Below are positions 51,490 through 60,835 of a stretch of DNA of 64,000 nucleotides, one piece after another. The stretch is from positions 1,302,001 to 1,366,000 of the forward strand of contig CAKKNE010000004.1 of NCBI GenBank assembly GCA_918797485.1. Reading direction: 5' to 3'. The notes under the pieces are model-generated. The model was not told the origin of the DNA, searched no databases, and was given only the letters and a program-made list of their open reading frames with translations. Origin of the DNA: Pelagomonas calceolata. Taxonomy: Eukaryota. Position 1 is the stretch's first letter; every line of letters starts with the position of its first letter. The position numbers and the translations under genes were made by a program.

Positions 51490-52844
51490 TCAGTCTTGCG
51501 GCGGCGCCGGCGGCGCCGGCTCCGGCGCCGCCGGCGCGGGCGCGAGCGACGCCTCCGCGGCGCGCGCGACGACGGAGTAGACCGCGGGCGCGCGCGCCCG
51601 GAGCTCGGCGAGCGTCGGCGGCCGGGGCCCGGCGAGCGCCTCGTGCAGCGTGGCGATCATGACCTGCGCCGCGGCCTCCGCCGCGGCCTCCGCCGCCGCG
51701 GGCGGCGCCGGCGCGGGCGCCGCCGGCGCGGGCGCCGCCGCGGCGCGCGGCCGCTTTGCGGCGCGGCCGTCGCCGCCGCCGCTCGTGTCGCTGTGCAGCC
51801 ACTGACGCGCGCCCACCTGTGTGGAAATCAAATTTCAGGCGCCGCACGCCCTCGACGCGATGGTGTCTCCGTAGCTGTGTCTGCTCGATGACCTAACTCA
51901 CTGGTTGATTTCCACACAGGCGCCCACGGGCGTCGGGAGGCCCGACGTCCCCAGCAGACTCGTCGTCAGCTGCGCGCCCGGCCGCAGCGAGCGGTGGAAG
52001 GCGCCCTCGAGGCGCCCGAGCTCCGCCGCGTCCGGTTGCGACGGCACGGCCTCGTAGCGCGCCGGCGTGTAGGGCCGCTTGCCGTGCGTGGCCCAGGCCT
52101 CACCGCTGTACTTCTTGCTGACACGCATCGGCTGGCAGTTCAGGAGCCGCGATAATAAAACGCGGAGCGTGATGCCCTCCTGCGTGGCATGTGTTAGTTC
52201 AAGGTCGGAAACGTTCAGAAATTGATACACTGCGTTGGCACCGGGCAGTTCGGGAGGACGCCCCGCCCGTACAAGTCCGAGACCTGCGTGGGAATCAAAA
52301 TTTTACAGTGCGTTCGTCCTGAATCGCCGCGTCGTCCTCCACGCCATCGACGCGACGCCTGCTCGATGGCGTGGCGATGCCGGTTCCTCACCGCCGGACC
52401 GAGCCAGGACGGCCGCGTCATCGCCGAGAAATGACTTAGTGAAGAATTGTCGGGTGCACCCGACGCACTGGTTGTTTCCACACAGTCCGAGACGCGCGCG
52501 GCGTAGGCGAGCTCCTCCGGCGTCCAGGCCTGCGTGATCGAGTCCTGTCGGTTTATCGTTTCCAGGAACCGATGGCGCGGCCCGCCCCGTGTAGGCGCGA
52601 CACACGAATAGCCTGGAGTTTCGCGGCGGTTTCATGCCGGGCGAGTGCGCATTGAGGACGCTGGGAAACGTGCGCCGACCCGAAGGCTGGTCGTCGGCGC
52701 CGGCGCCGCGGCCGCGGCCGCCGGCGCCGCCGGCGCCGGCGCCGCGGAGGTCGTGCGCGGCGACGCCGGCGCCGCCGCTTCGCGAGACGGTGCGTTCGCG
52801 GGCGCCGGGGCCGGGTGCGCAGCTTTTCGCGACGACGCGTCCAT
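51490..52844 (-). CDS. Myb/HTH-like putative transcription factor, paralog 3; exons 52844-52674, 52529-52494, 52283-52242, 52179-51928, 51816-51490
   Basis: LRVG|AWTPEELAYAAR|VSDLYGRGVLPNCP|EGITLRVLLSRLLNCQPMRVSKKY; all junctions in frame. Confidence 0.82.
51817..51919. mobile_element. Introner element, 103 bp (intron 51817-51927 on - strand)
   Basis: Perfect 15-bp TIR; perfect TSD GCGCCCAC. Confidence 0.95.
52284..52485. mobile_element. Introner element, 202 bp (intron 52284-52493 on - strand)
   Basis: TIR CTGCGTGGGAATC...GTTTCCACACAG; perfect TSD TCCGAGAC. Confidence 0.93.
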
Positions 52845-53540
52845 GGTCAATAGGGGTGACACGCCGGAGGCTTTAAAGGATGAGGCCGAGTTTACGAGGA
52901 GTTTGCCAGCTCGATTGTGGAAAGCAAGGACTGCAACGCGCCCTTCCTGAAGCAGCGCAACAGCCTCGTCGCGCTCGTCGCGCGCAATTGCTGTAATAGT
53001 TGATTTCAGGTGCTGGCGGGAACGCAGCGAAACCCGTATTGCATTTGCTTTCGCCTCTACCCGTCCCGATCATGCATGAGAGGGCTCCCTCGGCTGCGCT
53101 CGGTGCTTAACTCCAAGCTCAACCCACCTGCAACCTTCAACTATTTGAGCATATTAAGCTCCTCCACGCTCGGCTTCAACTTTTGGGTTCAAAAACGGTT
53201 TTTCTGGGCATCGTGGACGTACTGAAAGTCGCGGCCAGCCCGTGCACGTGGCTGCATGGCTGCCGCCCTGCCGCACCTCCCCTAAAAAGGCAGCCCCGCC
53301 GCAAAGGGTCCTCGACGGCCGCCCCGCGGCCCCGGGACGCCGCCATGGCCGGCCCCGGGCCCGAAGGCACCGCAGGGTCATCGTCCGGCCGCCGGGCGGG
53401 CGCCGACAAATGTGATTCTTTGCATAAGGCCGCGGCCGCCGCGGCCGCCGCCGCGCCAACTTATGTGCCAGCAGAGCTGCACGCGGGCGGACCTCTTACT
53501 TGACGAAGACGGTGCTCCGCGTCGTCGATCGACCGAGAGC

Positions 53541-53570
53541 GGGGAGAGAGACAGAGAGAGAGGGAGAGAG
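53541..53570. repeat. (GA)n-rich microsatellite
   Basis: ggggagagagacagagagagagggagagag. Confidence 0.7.
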
Positions 53571-54140
53571 CCCGGCCCGCCCCGCCGCCGCCGAGCGGCG
53601 GCCTCTCGCGCGATGGCGGTCTCTGCGAGGCGAGCTCCCCGGCGAACTGGATTCTGGCGTTTCCCGTGCTGCCGCGTCGGCGCGTCGTGCGGGCCGCACC
53701 CGTTTGGCGTTCGTTCCTCGCGCGCCCGGTGACGGGCGCGACGTCGCATAGTCCCCACACGCCCTCCGGCGACGGCTCGGTACGTGTAAACTGACGACGT
53801 GCCTCGGGTGATGTAGGCGCCGCGTCCTCGCGTTGGGGCGTCCGCAGGCAGGTCTTGTAAGCAAGTCGCGTGCGAGGCTCACGCGGACGGTCGCACGAGC
53901 ATCAAGAGAAGAATACACCCCCGCCTCCGTTGAGACGTACCGTCTCGATGCTGATAGACCCGTTTGGCTTTTTCGGGGCTGAATGATCTACTGTATAGTC
54001 CCACTAGCTCTGCAGCCCAGGCTAGCTGGCTGAGCTCAGCATAGCATCATCGCTTGCGTGCCAGTCAGCATCGTGGCCGCAATCGTGACGCATCGATCCC
54101 TACTGAACGCCTGTGTCATCAGTTGTGCCAGCACTGCGCC

Positions 54141-56105
54141 ATGCTTGTCCGACTGCTACTCTGGCTCAGCGCCACCGCTCACGCAATCGCGGTCTGCGGC
54201 CGGCATGGCGAGGTCGTCGGCGCGAGAGGCCGCATCGGCTCTCTATTATTGCGTGCCGGGGGCGGATCGCTGGCGGCGACGCCGCGCGGCGTCGCGCCCG
54301 GAACGCTGAGCCCGCCGGGCACGCCCATCCTCGTCGCGGCGCCGGCGTCGGCGGTGGAGGACGTGCTGCGCGCGACGCCGCCTTCACGACTGGAGGACGT
54401 CGTGCTGCTCTGCAACGGCGATGCGCGGGGCCGCGCGACCGAGGTCGTCGGCGCCGAAGCGGACGGCCTCACGTACGGTTGTCTCTTCTTCGGCGTGCTC
54501 TCCACGGGCGCGGCGCCGACGTTCGGGGCCGGCGCGCCGCCGACGGTCGTGACCGGCCGTCACGCCACGGCCGTCGCCGCGCTGATCGGGAGCTGCGGCC
54601 CGCGCTGCGACGTCGTCGACCGCGACGCGCTCGCGCGAGCCGTGCGACTGAAGCTCGTCTGGTCGGCGGCGCTCTGGCTGATCTGCGCGCGCCACGGCGG
54701 CGACGTCGTCGACGCGCACGCGGAACCGGACCTCGAGCTCCTCGTGGACGAGCTCGACCCGGCCGTCGACCGCGCCGCGCTCGAGGCCTACTCCCGAAGC
54801 ATGCCGGGCGCCGTGCCGTCGAAGGACCTCGCCCTCGCGGAGCTCGCCGACCGAAATGGCATGTTTTTGCGGAGCGGGCGCCCGCAACCGACGCACGAGC
54901 GGCTCCTGCGCAAGGTCGGCGTGGACCCGGCCGAGGTGATGACGACGGCGCCGGCGCCGTCCCAGTGGTGGCGGCACGCTGCGTCCGGCTTCGGCTTTCG
55001 CGCGCGCCGCGCCGCGCGGGCTGCCCCCAGATCCGCCGTCGTCGTCGGCGCCGGGGTCATGGGCTCCGCCGTCGCCCTGGAGCTCGCGACGCGCGGCGTG
55101 GCCGTCATCGTGCTCGACGCGCGCCCCGCGCCGGCGACGGCGTTGCAGGGCGCCGTCGTCTGCGAGGACGCGACCTCGGGCTCGTGGGCCTGGCTCAACG
55201 CCAACGGCAAGGACGCGAAGAGTCCGGAGTATGGTGGCCTGACGCGCACCAGCCTCGCCATGTGGCGCCGGCAGAAGCCCTACGCCGGCCTCGCGACCTG
55301 GTGCGGCGCCTTGCTGTACGCGGACGGCGAGCCCCAAAGCGCCGGCGGCGCCTACGCCGTCGATGTCTTGACCGCGGAAGCGGCCGCGGCGCGCGAGCCC
55401 GGCCTCCAAGCCAAGGACGGGCGCTGGCACTGGTATCCCGACGAGGGGCGCGCCGACCCGGCCGCGACCGTCGCGACGCTGCAAAAAGCGGCCGAGGCTG
55501 CCGGCGCGACGTTCCGCTGGGGCGCGAAAGTCGACGGGCTCCTGCCGGGCGGCAAAGGCGTGCGCATCGGCGGCGATGACGTGCGCGCGGACGCCGTGGT
55601 CCTGGCCGCCGGCGTCGGCATCCCGGCGCTCGGCGCGCCCGTGCCGATGAAGCGGTCGCCGGGCGTCCTCGCGCACACGCAACCAAAAACCGGAACAACG
55701 CGCATGCGGGGCCTCGTCGTCGACGCGGTGAGCGGTGTGCACTTTCTCCAGCGAAACGATGGGACGGCCGTCGTGGGCGGCGACCTGAAAGGATATGCTG
55801 TGGCTTCGAGCTCATCGATGGAGGACGCCGCGCCGTCGCTCGCCGAGGGCGCGCGGCTCGTCGACCGCGCGGCGGCCTGGCTGCCGCACGTCGCGGCGCC
55901 CGTGCAGGCGACGACGCTCGCGTACCGAGTCCTGCCGGAAGACGGGTACCCCGCCGTCGGCTTCACGCAGGCGGGCAGCTACGTCTGCGCGGCGCACAGC
56001 GCCATCACGCTCGCGCCGGTGCTCTCGGCGCTCGCGGTCGCGGAGCTCCTCGACGGCGTCGACGTGGACGTGCTGGAGCCGTGGCGGCCGGGGAGGTTTT
56101 GTTAA
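54141..56105 (+). CDS. Fusion of a ketopantoate-reductase-like domain and a DAO-family FAD oxidoreductase, with signal peptide
   Basis: VVGARGRIG, LLCNG, KLVWSAALWL (ApbA-like); VVVGAGVMGSAVALELA, ATSGSWAWLNA, VVLAAG, YRVLPEDGYPAVG, HSAITLAP (DAO). Confidence 0.82.
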   Translation: MLVRLLLWLSATAHAIAVCGRHGEVVGARGRIGSLLLRAGGGSLAATPRGVAPGTLSPPGTPILVAAPASAVEDVLRATPPSRLEDVVLLCNGDARGRATEVVGAEADGLTYGCLFFGVLSTGAAPTFGAGAPPTVVTGRHATAVAALIGSCGPRCDVVDRDALARAVRLKLVWSAALWLICARHGGDVVDAHAEPDLELLVDELDPAVDRAALEAYSRSMPGAVPSKDLALAELADRNGMFLRSGRPQPTHERLLRKVGVDPAEVMTTAPAPSQWWRHAASGFGFRARRAARAAPRSAVVVGAGVMGSAVALELATRGVAVIVLDARPAPATALQGAVVCEDATSGSWAWLNANGKDAKSPEYGGLTRTSLAMWRRQKPYAGLATWCGALLYADGEPQSAGGAYAVDVLTAEAAAAREPGLQAKDGRWHWYPDEGRADPAATVATLQKAAEAAGATFRWGAKVDGLLPGGKGVRIGGDDVRADAVVLAAGVGIPALGAPVPMKRSPGVLAHTQPKTGTTRMRGLVVDAVSGVHFLQRNDGTAVVGGDLKGYAVASSSSMEDAAPSLAEGARLVDRAAAWLPHVAAPVQATTLAYRVLPEDGYPAVGFTQAGSYVCAAHSAITLAPVLSALAVAELLDGVDVDVLEPWRPGRFC

Positions 56106-56413
56106 TTTGTGAGTGACGTACCCGCTGGTTATTGTTACGGTGCTAGGACTAGTGGGCGGAGCCCTGCCAAGGGCAGGGGGGGAGACACCGAAATGTATCC
56201 ACTGGTGCGCGCACGAGAGCGGCCAGTAGAGCGGCCCGCCGCGGCGAGTCGCCGGGTCGTCGCGAGGAGTAGTACGAAGCGTCCGCAAATGGGCAGAGAT
56301 CTCTCGAAGGGCCAGGAGCCGCGAAGCGCACCAGCCGTCGTTGGGCCCGTCGCGAAGCCCGGCGGCGCTGCACACAGCGCACTGCGCACCGACAGCCGCG
56401 GGCAGCCGCCGCC

Positions 56414-57202
56414 ATGCCCAAGTCCGCCGCCAAGTCCGCCAGCAAAAAGCCAAATGCCGCGCCGCCGCCCGTCACGCGCGACCAGGCCAAGGTCCAGCTC
56501 CTGACCACGATGGTAGCGCTCAAGGATGAGATCCTGCGGGCCTCCGACGAAAAAGTAAGGGCGCTGAAGTGGGCGGCCCTGAACGACTTCGACAAGGACG
56601 CGACGTCGCTGGAGGCGCTGCTCAGCCAGCTCGAGGAGCGCGTGAGCGGCTGGCGCGGCGACGCGCCGGAAGGGACGTCCATCGTGGCGCCTCTCGTACT
56701 GAAAAGGCGGGAGGCCGTCGAGGCGCGGTTCTCCGAGGGGACCGTCTCCGCTTCCGACTTCGCGGACAATCTGGCCGTCGTGCTGCCCGAGTTCCGGCGC
56801 GACTTCCTCGAGGCCGTGGCGCGCAACTTTGGAGAGAGCGTCGCCATCGACGCGTTCCTGGAGGCGTGCGAGCGCGCGGCCGGCGTCCCGGCGGTCGTGG
56901 AGCCCGAGGCCGCGGCCGCGGCGCCCGACGTCGTCGCGACGCCCGTGGCGGCGGATACTGCGGATGCCGCGGCGCCGCCGGCCGCCGCCGCCGCGACGCC
57001 GGCGCCGGCGCCCGAGCCGGAGCCGGAGGCCGCGCCGGCGACGCCGCCCGCCGCGACGCCGAAGCCGAGCCTCCTGAGCCGCATGTCGTCGGCGTTCGGC
57101 AGCTCGAGGAAGAAGAAGGCGGCCGACGCGGAGGAGGTAGCGGAGGACGTGGAGGAGGAAGTCGTGGCGGACGAGGCCGTCGCGGCGCCGGCGCCGGCCT
57201 AG
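56414..57202 (+). CDS. Hypothetical protein (helical N-terminus, Ala/Pro/Glu-rich tail)
   Basis: 262-aa ATG ORF with strong GC3 bias. Confidence 0.7.
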   Translation: MPKSAAKSASKKPNAAPPPVTRDQAKVQLLTTMVALKDEILRASDEKVRALKWAALNDFDKDATSLEALLSQLEERVSGWRGDAPEGTSIVAPLVLKRREAVEARFSEGTVSASDFADNLAVVLPEFRRDFLEAVARNFGESVAIDAFLEACERAAGVPAVVEPEAAAAAPDVVATPVAADTADAAAPPAAAAATPAPAPEPEPEAAPATPPAATPKPSLLSRMSSAFGSSRKKKAADAEEVAEDVEEEVVADEAVAAPAPA

Positions 57203-57628
57203 TAGGAGCCCTCCCCGCCGCGGAACTAAGACAAAGACCTATGGTTGAACGACGGCTCCCCTGAGCCGCTGGCCAATTCCCAGATCCACCTCCCAAATTC
57301 AGAATTCATCATAGTCGGTCGCCGCTACCAAATATTTCACAGTAACGGCCCGGGACGGCATCGTCAGCCGCGAATTGAAAAAATTCCTTTTTCGGCCCCA
57401 GTACGTGCCCCATTGATCTCTTTGGACCATTAGTGAACTGAAGGATACTCAGACGGCTGCATGCGCGTTCCTGGCTAGTGTCTTACCGGCCGCTAGCTCG
57501 CGATCACGTGCCCCTTGTTTTTTTTTGGCTGCTAGCAGCATTATTGCCCAGTAAAGCATTGAATCGCTGCACCGTAAACGCGCGAATCGCTGCAGCGCAA
57601 ACGCACGTGTTGTGTCCAAGATAGCTCG

Positions 57629-58819
57629 ATGGCTCGGTGCCTTGCTCTCCTGGGATGGCTGCACGCCGCCCAAGCCCTGCAGCAGGCGCCGATCACGCTC
57701 CTGAGCGGCTTCCTGGGTGCGGGCAAGACGACGCTCCTCGAACGCCTGTTAAAAAATGACGACGGTCTGAGGATCGGGTGCCTCGTGAACGACGTCGCGT
57801 CCCTGAATATTGACGGTGCCATAGCCGAGACCGCGTCGAATGACGATGCCTTCGTGGTAACAATGTCGAACGGCTGCGCGTGCTGCACGGCGCGCGACGG
57901 CCTCGTGGAGGGCGTGCGGCAATTAAGAAGGGCGGCGGCCTTCGACCACATCGTGGTCGAGGCGACGGGCGTGGCCGAGCCGGCGGCGATGCGCGACGCG
58001 CTCGCGGGTTGCGGCGGGCTGGACACGCTCGTGACGGTGGTGGACGCGTCGGTCTTCGCGCAAGGGTTGTGGGCCACGGGCGCGCGCGTGCTGGAGAGGC
58101 GGGATTTGGGTCTGGACGGCCTGGCCTCGGTGTACGACGTACTAAGCTCGGCGGGGTTGTGGCGCGGCGTCGCGGACCTGCTGGCGGAGCAGGTCGAGTG
58201 CGCGGACGTTGTGCTCCTCAACAAGGTCGACGCAGCGTCGGACGAGGACGTGGTTGTTGCTGAGAACATTTGTAAAGCGTTGAACCCCGACGCTATCATT
58301 CACAAAGTGACGCGCTGCGACGTGCCGCTGGACGAGGTCCTCGGCGTCATGCGCGGCGCCGGAAAGGCGGCCGACGTCGTCGCCGCGGCGCCCGCGGCAT
58401 TCTTCGCCCCGACGCTCGCGCGGCCGGCGCGCCTCGACGCCGCGACGCACGTCTACGAGCGCGGCCGGCCCTTCTCGCCGGCGCGCTTTGCCGAGGCGGT
58501 CGAGGCCGGGGCGCTCTCGGAGGCCTACCGCTCGAAGGGGTCGCTCTGGCTCGCGGCGGCCGCGGAGCGGGCCTACGCCTGGTCCCAGGCCGGCGGCGCG
58601 CGCGGCGCGTCGCCCGCGGGGCCGTGCGGCATCTGGGCCGGCGCGCCGCGGACGCAGCTGGCCTTCGTCGGGGCGCCGGGCACGGACTTTGAAGCCATCG
58701 ACGCGGCGCTCGACGCGTGCCTGCTGGGCGACCGCGAGCTCGCCTTATACGACATGACGCCCGACGACGAGCAGCGCGGATGGAACTTCCCCGTGCCCGA
58801 GTCGCTGTTAAGTGGATAG
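57629..58819 (+). CDS. CobW/COG0523 metallochaperone GTPase with signal peptide
   Basis: LSGFLGAGKTTLL, VND, NGCACC, VEATGVAEP, EQVECADVVLLNKVD, RPF, RSKG. Confidence 0.92.
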   Translation: MARCLALLGWLHAAQALQQAPITLLSGFLGAGKTTLLERLLKNDDGLRIGCLVNDVASLNIDGAIAETASNDDAFVVTMSNGCACCTARDGLVEGVRQLRRAAAFDHIVVEATGVAEPAAMRDALAGCGGLDTLVTVVDASVFAQGLWATGARVLERRDLGLDGLASVYDVLSSAGLWRGVADLLAEQVECADVVLLNKVDAASDEDVVVAENICKALNPDAIIHKVTRCDVPLDEVLGVMRGAGKAADVVAAAPAAFFAPTLARPARLDAATHVYERGRPFSPARFAEAVEAGALSEAYRSKGSLWLAAAAERAYAWSQAGGARGASPAGPCGIWAGAPRTQLAFVGAPGTDFEAIDAALDACLLGDRELALYDMTPDDEQRGWNFPVPESLLSG

Positions 58820-58861
58820 TCATAAAAAGAGTAGGCGGCGCGGACATGAGAGATAGGTAAA

Positions 58862-60412
58862 TTAGTAGCGAATTTGAGAGAAGGCCCACGAGAGCGCGAG
58901 CCCGAGCGCCGCGGGCAGGGCGCGGCCCGGCCCCGCCGCGAGGGCGCCGTTCGGGGCGACCGGGAGCCCGTTGTTGGAGAAGACGTCAAACGTGTCGCCG
59001 TCGGCGGGGACGTCCGACGTGCCGCCCGGGAAGATGACCGCCGCGCCAGAGTCGAGCGCGAACGCCCCGCCCTGCACCTTTCCGACGTCCACGAAAACGG
59101 GCTCGCCCGCGGGCGACAGCTGCAGGTTCACGATTGTCATGGATCCGACGCGGTCCTCGTACTTGTCGAGCGACACGGTGCCCGAGAAGCCCTCGAAGTC
59201 CCCCAGGTCCTCGATCGCGTCAAAGACCTCTTCGGGGTCCTGGCGGTCGGCGGCCTCCATCGTATCGAGCGCCTTTGCCAGCGTGTACACGGCGTCGACA
59301 ATCTGCGGGCCGTAGCCGCCCAGGGTCGCGGCGTCGCCGTCTCCGTCGCAGTAGCGGCCTTCCACCGGGTCGCCTTCACAGACTGTCGCGTCGAGGCCGG
59401 CCGCGCGCGCATCCAAAAACGTTTGGGCGACCGTTCCGGTCGTGTCGACCGTCTCCCGCGGCAGGAGTAGGCCCCGCGCGCCGGCGACGGCGTCGGCGCT
59501 CGCCGTCCCGTCGCTACCCAGGAAAAGGTCGTCCGAGAGCCACGCGGACAGGAGCCCGTAGCCGGCACCGCTGCACTTCCCGGTCTGCGCGATGCGCTCG
59601 TAGAGCGTGCGCTGGTCCGCCGGGCGCGCGGCGATGTAGATGATCCGGGCGCCGGTCGCCACGATCGCGTCGAGCACGCCGTCGGCGACGGCCGCGCTCA
59701 TACCCTCGAAGCGGACGCCCGGCCGGCCTCCTGCCGTGCACGCAGCCGCGGTCCCCGCTTCCTTCACGCACGCGTCTCCCAAAATCGTGCCGCCGTCGGC
59801 CTCGATGCCCTTGCCGAACTGTATCGCGGCGTCCGACGCCCACGCGTCCGAGGAGTCGTAGACGATAGCAACACGGGCCCAGCCGTAGTGCGACGCAACG
59901 GCCGCGAGAGCCTCGTTGCGCACCTTTTCGGGGCTCGAGAGGCGGACCAGATTCTGACAGTACACGTCCGTCCCCGTCGACGCCTCCGACATGACAACTG
60001 ACCCCGAGCCGATCGCATAAAAATGGATGAAAAGCTCTGCCTGCTCGACGCACTCATCGCTGCCCGGGCCGATCGACGCCACGGGGTGCACCGGCAGCGT
60101 CCCCCACGCCGTGCGCATCTCCTGGTCGCCTGGCCCGCAGCGCGAGGAGTTGTAGGACAAGGGATAGGGCACGAGCTGCGTGTCCGGCAGCAGGTTGTCG
60201 AACGCGCCGTCGCTCTTGTCGTTGATCGCGTCGATCGCCGCCCGCGCCGCGTCGCACTCCTCGCGCCGAACGTGATCGCCCCCGACATCGGGCCGATAAA
60301 GCAAAGAGTCCTCGCGTGTGCCCGTGTCACAGAAGAGCGCAACGGCTACGGTGTCGGCGGCGGACGGGGCCGCCGCGACCAGGAGAGGCAGCAGCAGAGA
60401 GCAGAAGGCCAT
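58862..60412 (-). CDS. Secreted/GPI-anchored Venus-flytrap (ANF-receptor/PBP type 1) protein
   Basis: Signal peptide; AAIDAIND...LLPDTQL, IGPGSD, HYGWARVAIVY, DAVYTLAKAL, FEGFSGTVSLD..DR; hydrophobic C-terminal tail; no 7TM. Confidence 0.82.
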   Translation of the reverse strand: MAFCSLLLPLLVAAAPSAADTVAVALFCDTGTREDSLLYRPDVGGDHVRREECDAARAAIDAINDKSDGAFDNLLPDTQLVPYPLSYNSSRCGPGDQEMRTAWGTLPVHPVASIGPGSDECVEQAELFIHFYAIGSGSVVMSEASTGTDVYCQNLVRLSSPEKVRNEALAAVASHYGWARVAIVYDSSDAWASDAAIQFGKGIEADGGTILGDACVKEAGTAAACTAGGRPGVRFEGMSAAVADGVLDAIVATGARIIYIAARPADQRTLYERIAQTGKCSGAGYGLLSAWLSDDLFLGSDGTASADAVAGARGLLLPRETVDTTGTVAQTFLDARAAGLDATVCEGDPVEGRYCDGDGDAATLGGYGPQIVDAVYTLAKALDTMEAADRQDPEEVFDAIEDLGDFEGFSGTVSLDKYEDRVGSMTIVNLQLSPAGEPVFVDVGKVQGGAFALDSGAAVIFPGGTSDVPADGDTFDVFSNNGLPVAPNGALAAGPGRALPAALGLALSWAFSQIRY

Positions 60413-60835
60413 GGCCAAAAAAGAATTACAGCCGGCTTCTTCTCCTGGCGTCCGCCAAGTCTGCTTTGCAGCTAAGATACCAGCCCGCCGCCGGCGTCCA
60501 CACGCGGCTGCGGCGGCCGCCGCGGGCAGCCTTTGGGCAGCTTTGCACGTGGGTCAGGCTGTTCTTGGTCGTTTTCCGAAATTCCCTAATTGATTCCATA
60601 TATCAATACATATGGTCCTCTGAGCGGCTCTGCCGCGCATCTGCGCGCACCGGCGGCAGCCCATGGGTCTAGTTGCGTGCAGCACAAGCATGCCATGTGA
60701 GAATCCGGCCAAATGGCCGCGTGCGCGCCGTCCTAACGCTAATTTCCATTGTCGATCTACTGCGGGCAGCTTCGAAGCACAGCACATCTACTGTCGGTGC
60801 TGCGCTTGCCTCTCTCCACATTGTTCCGCAGCTTC

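Noticed and set aside
38808..52485. Recurring peptides CVEINQ, ISTQV, WKST and DFHTG in many small ORFs, which look like a protein family or CRISPR-like repeats
   Set aside because: They are translations of introner TIRs; the copies are dispersed inside genes with TSDs, not regularly spaced, and there are no cas genes.
52900..54050. ~1.1-kb gap with short ORFs; possible ncRNA or small gene
   Set aside because: No convincing coding bias, splice model, or complete snoRNA/tRNA signature could be identified by eye.
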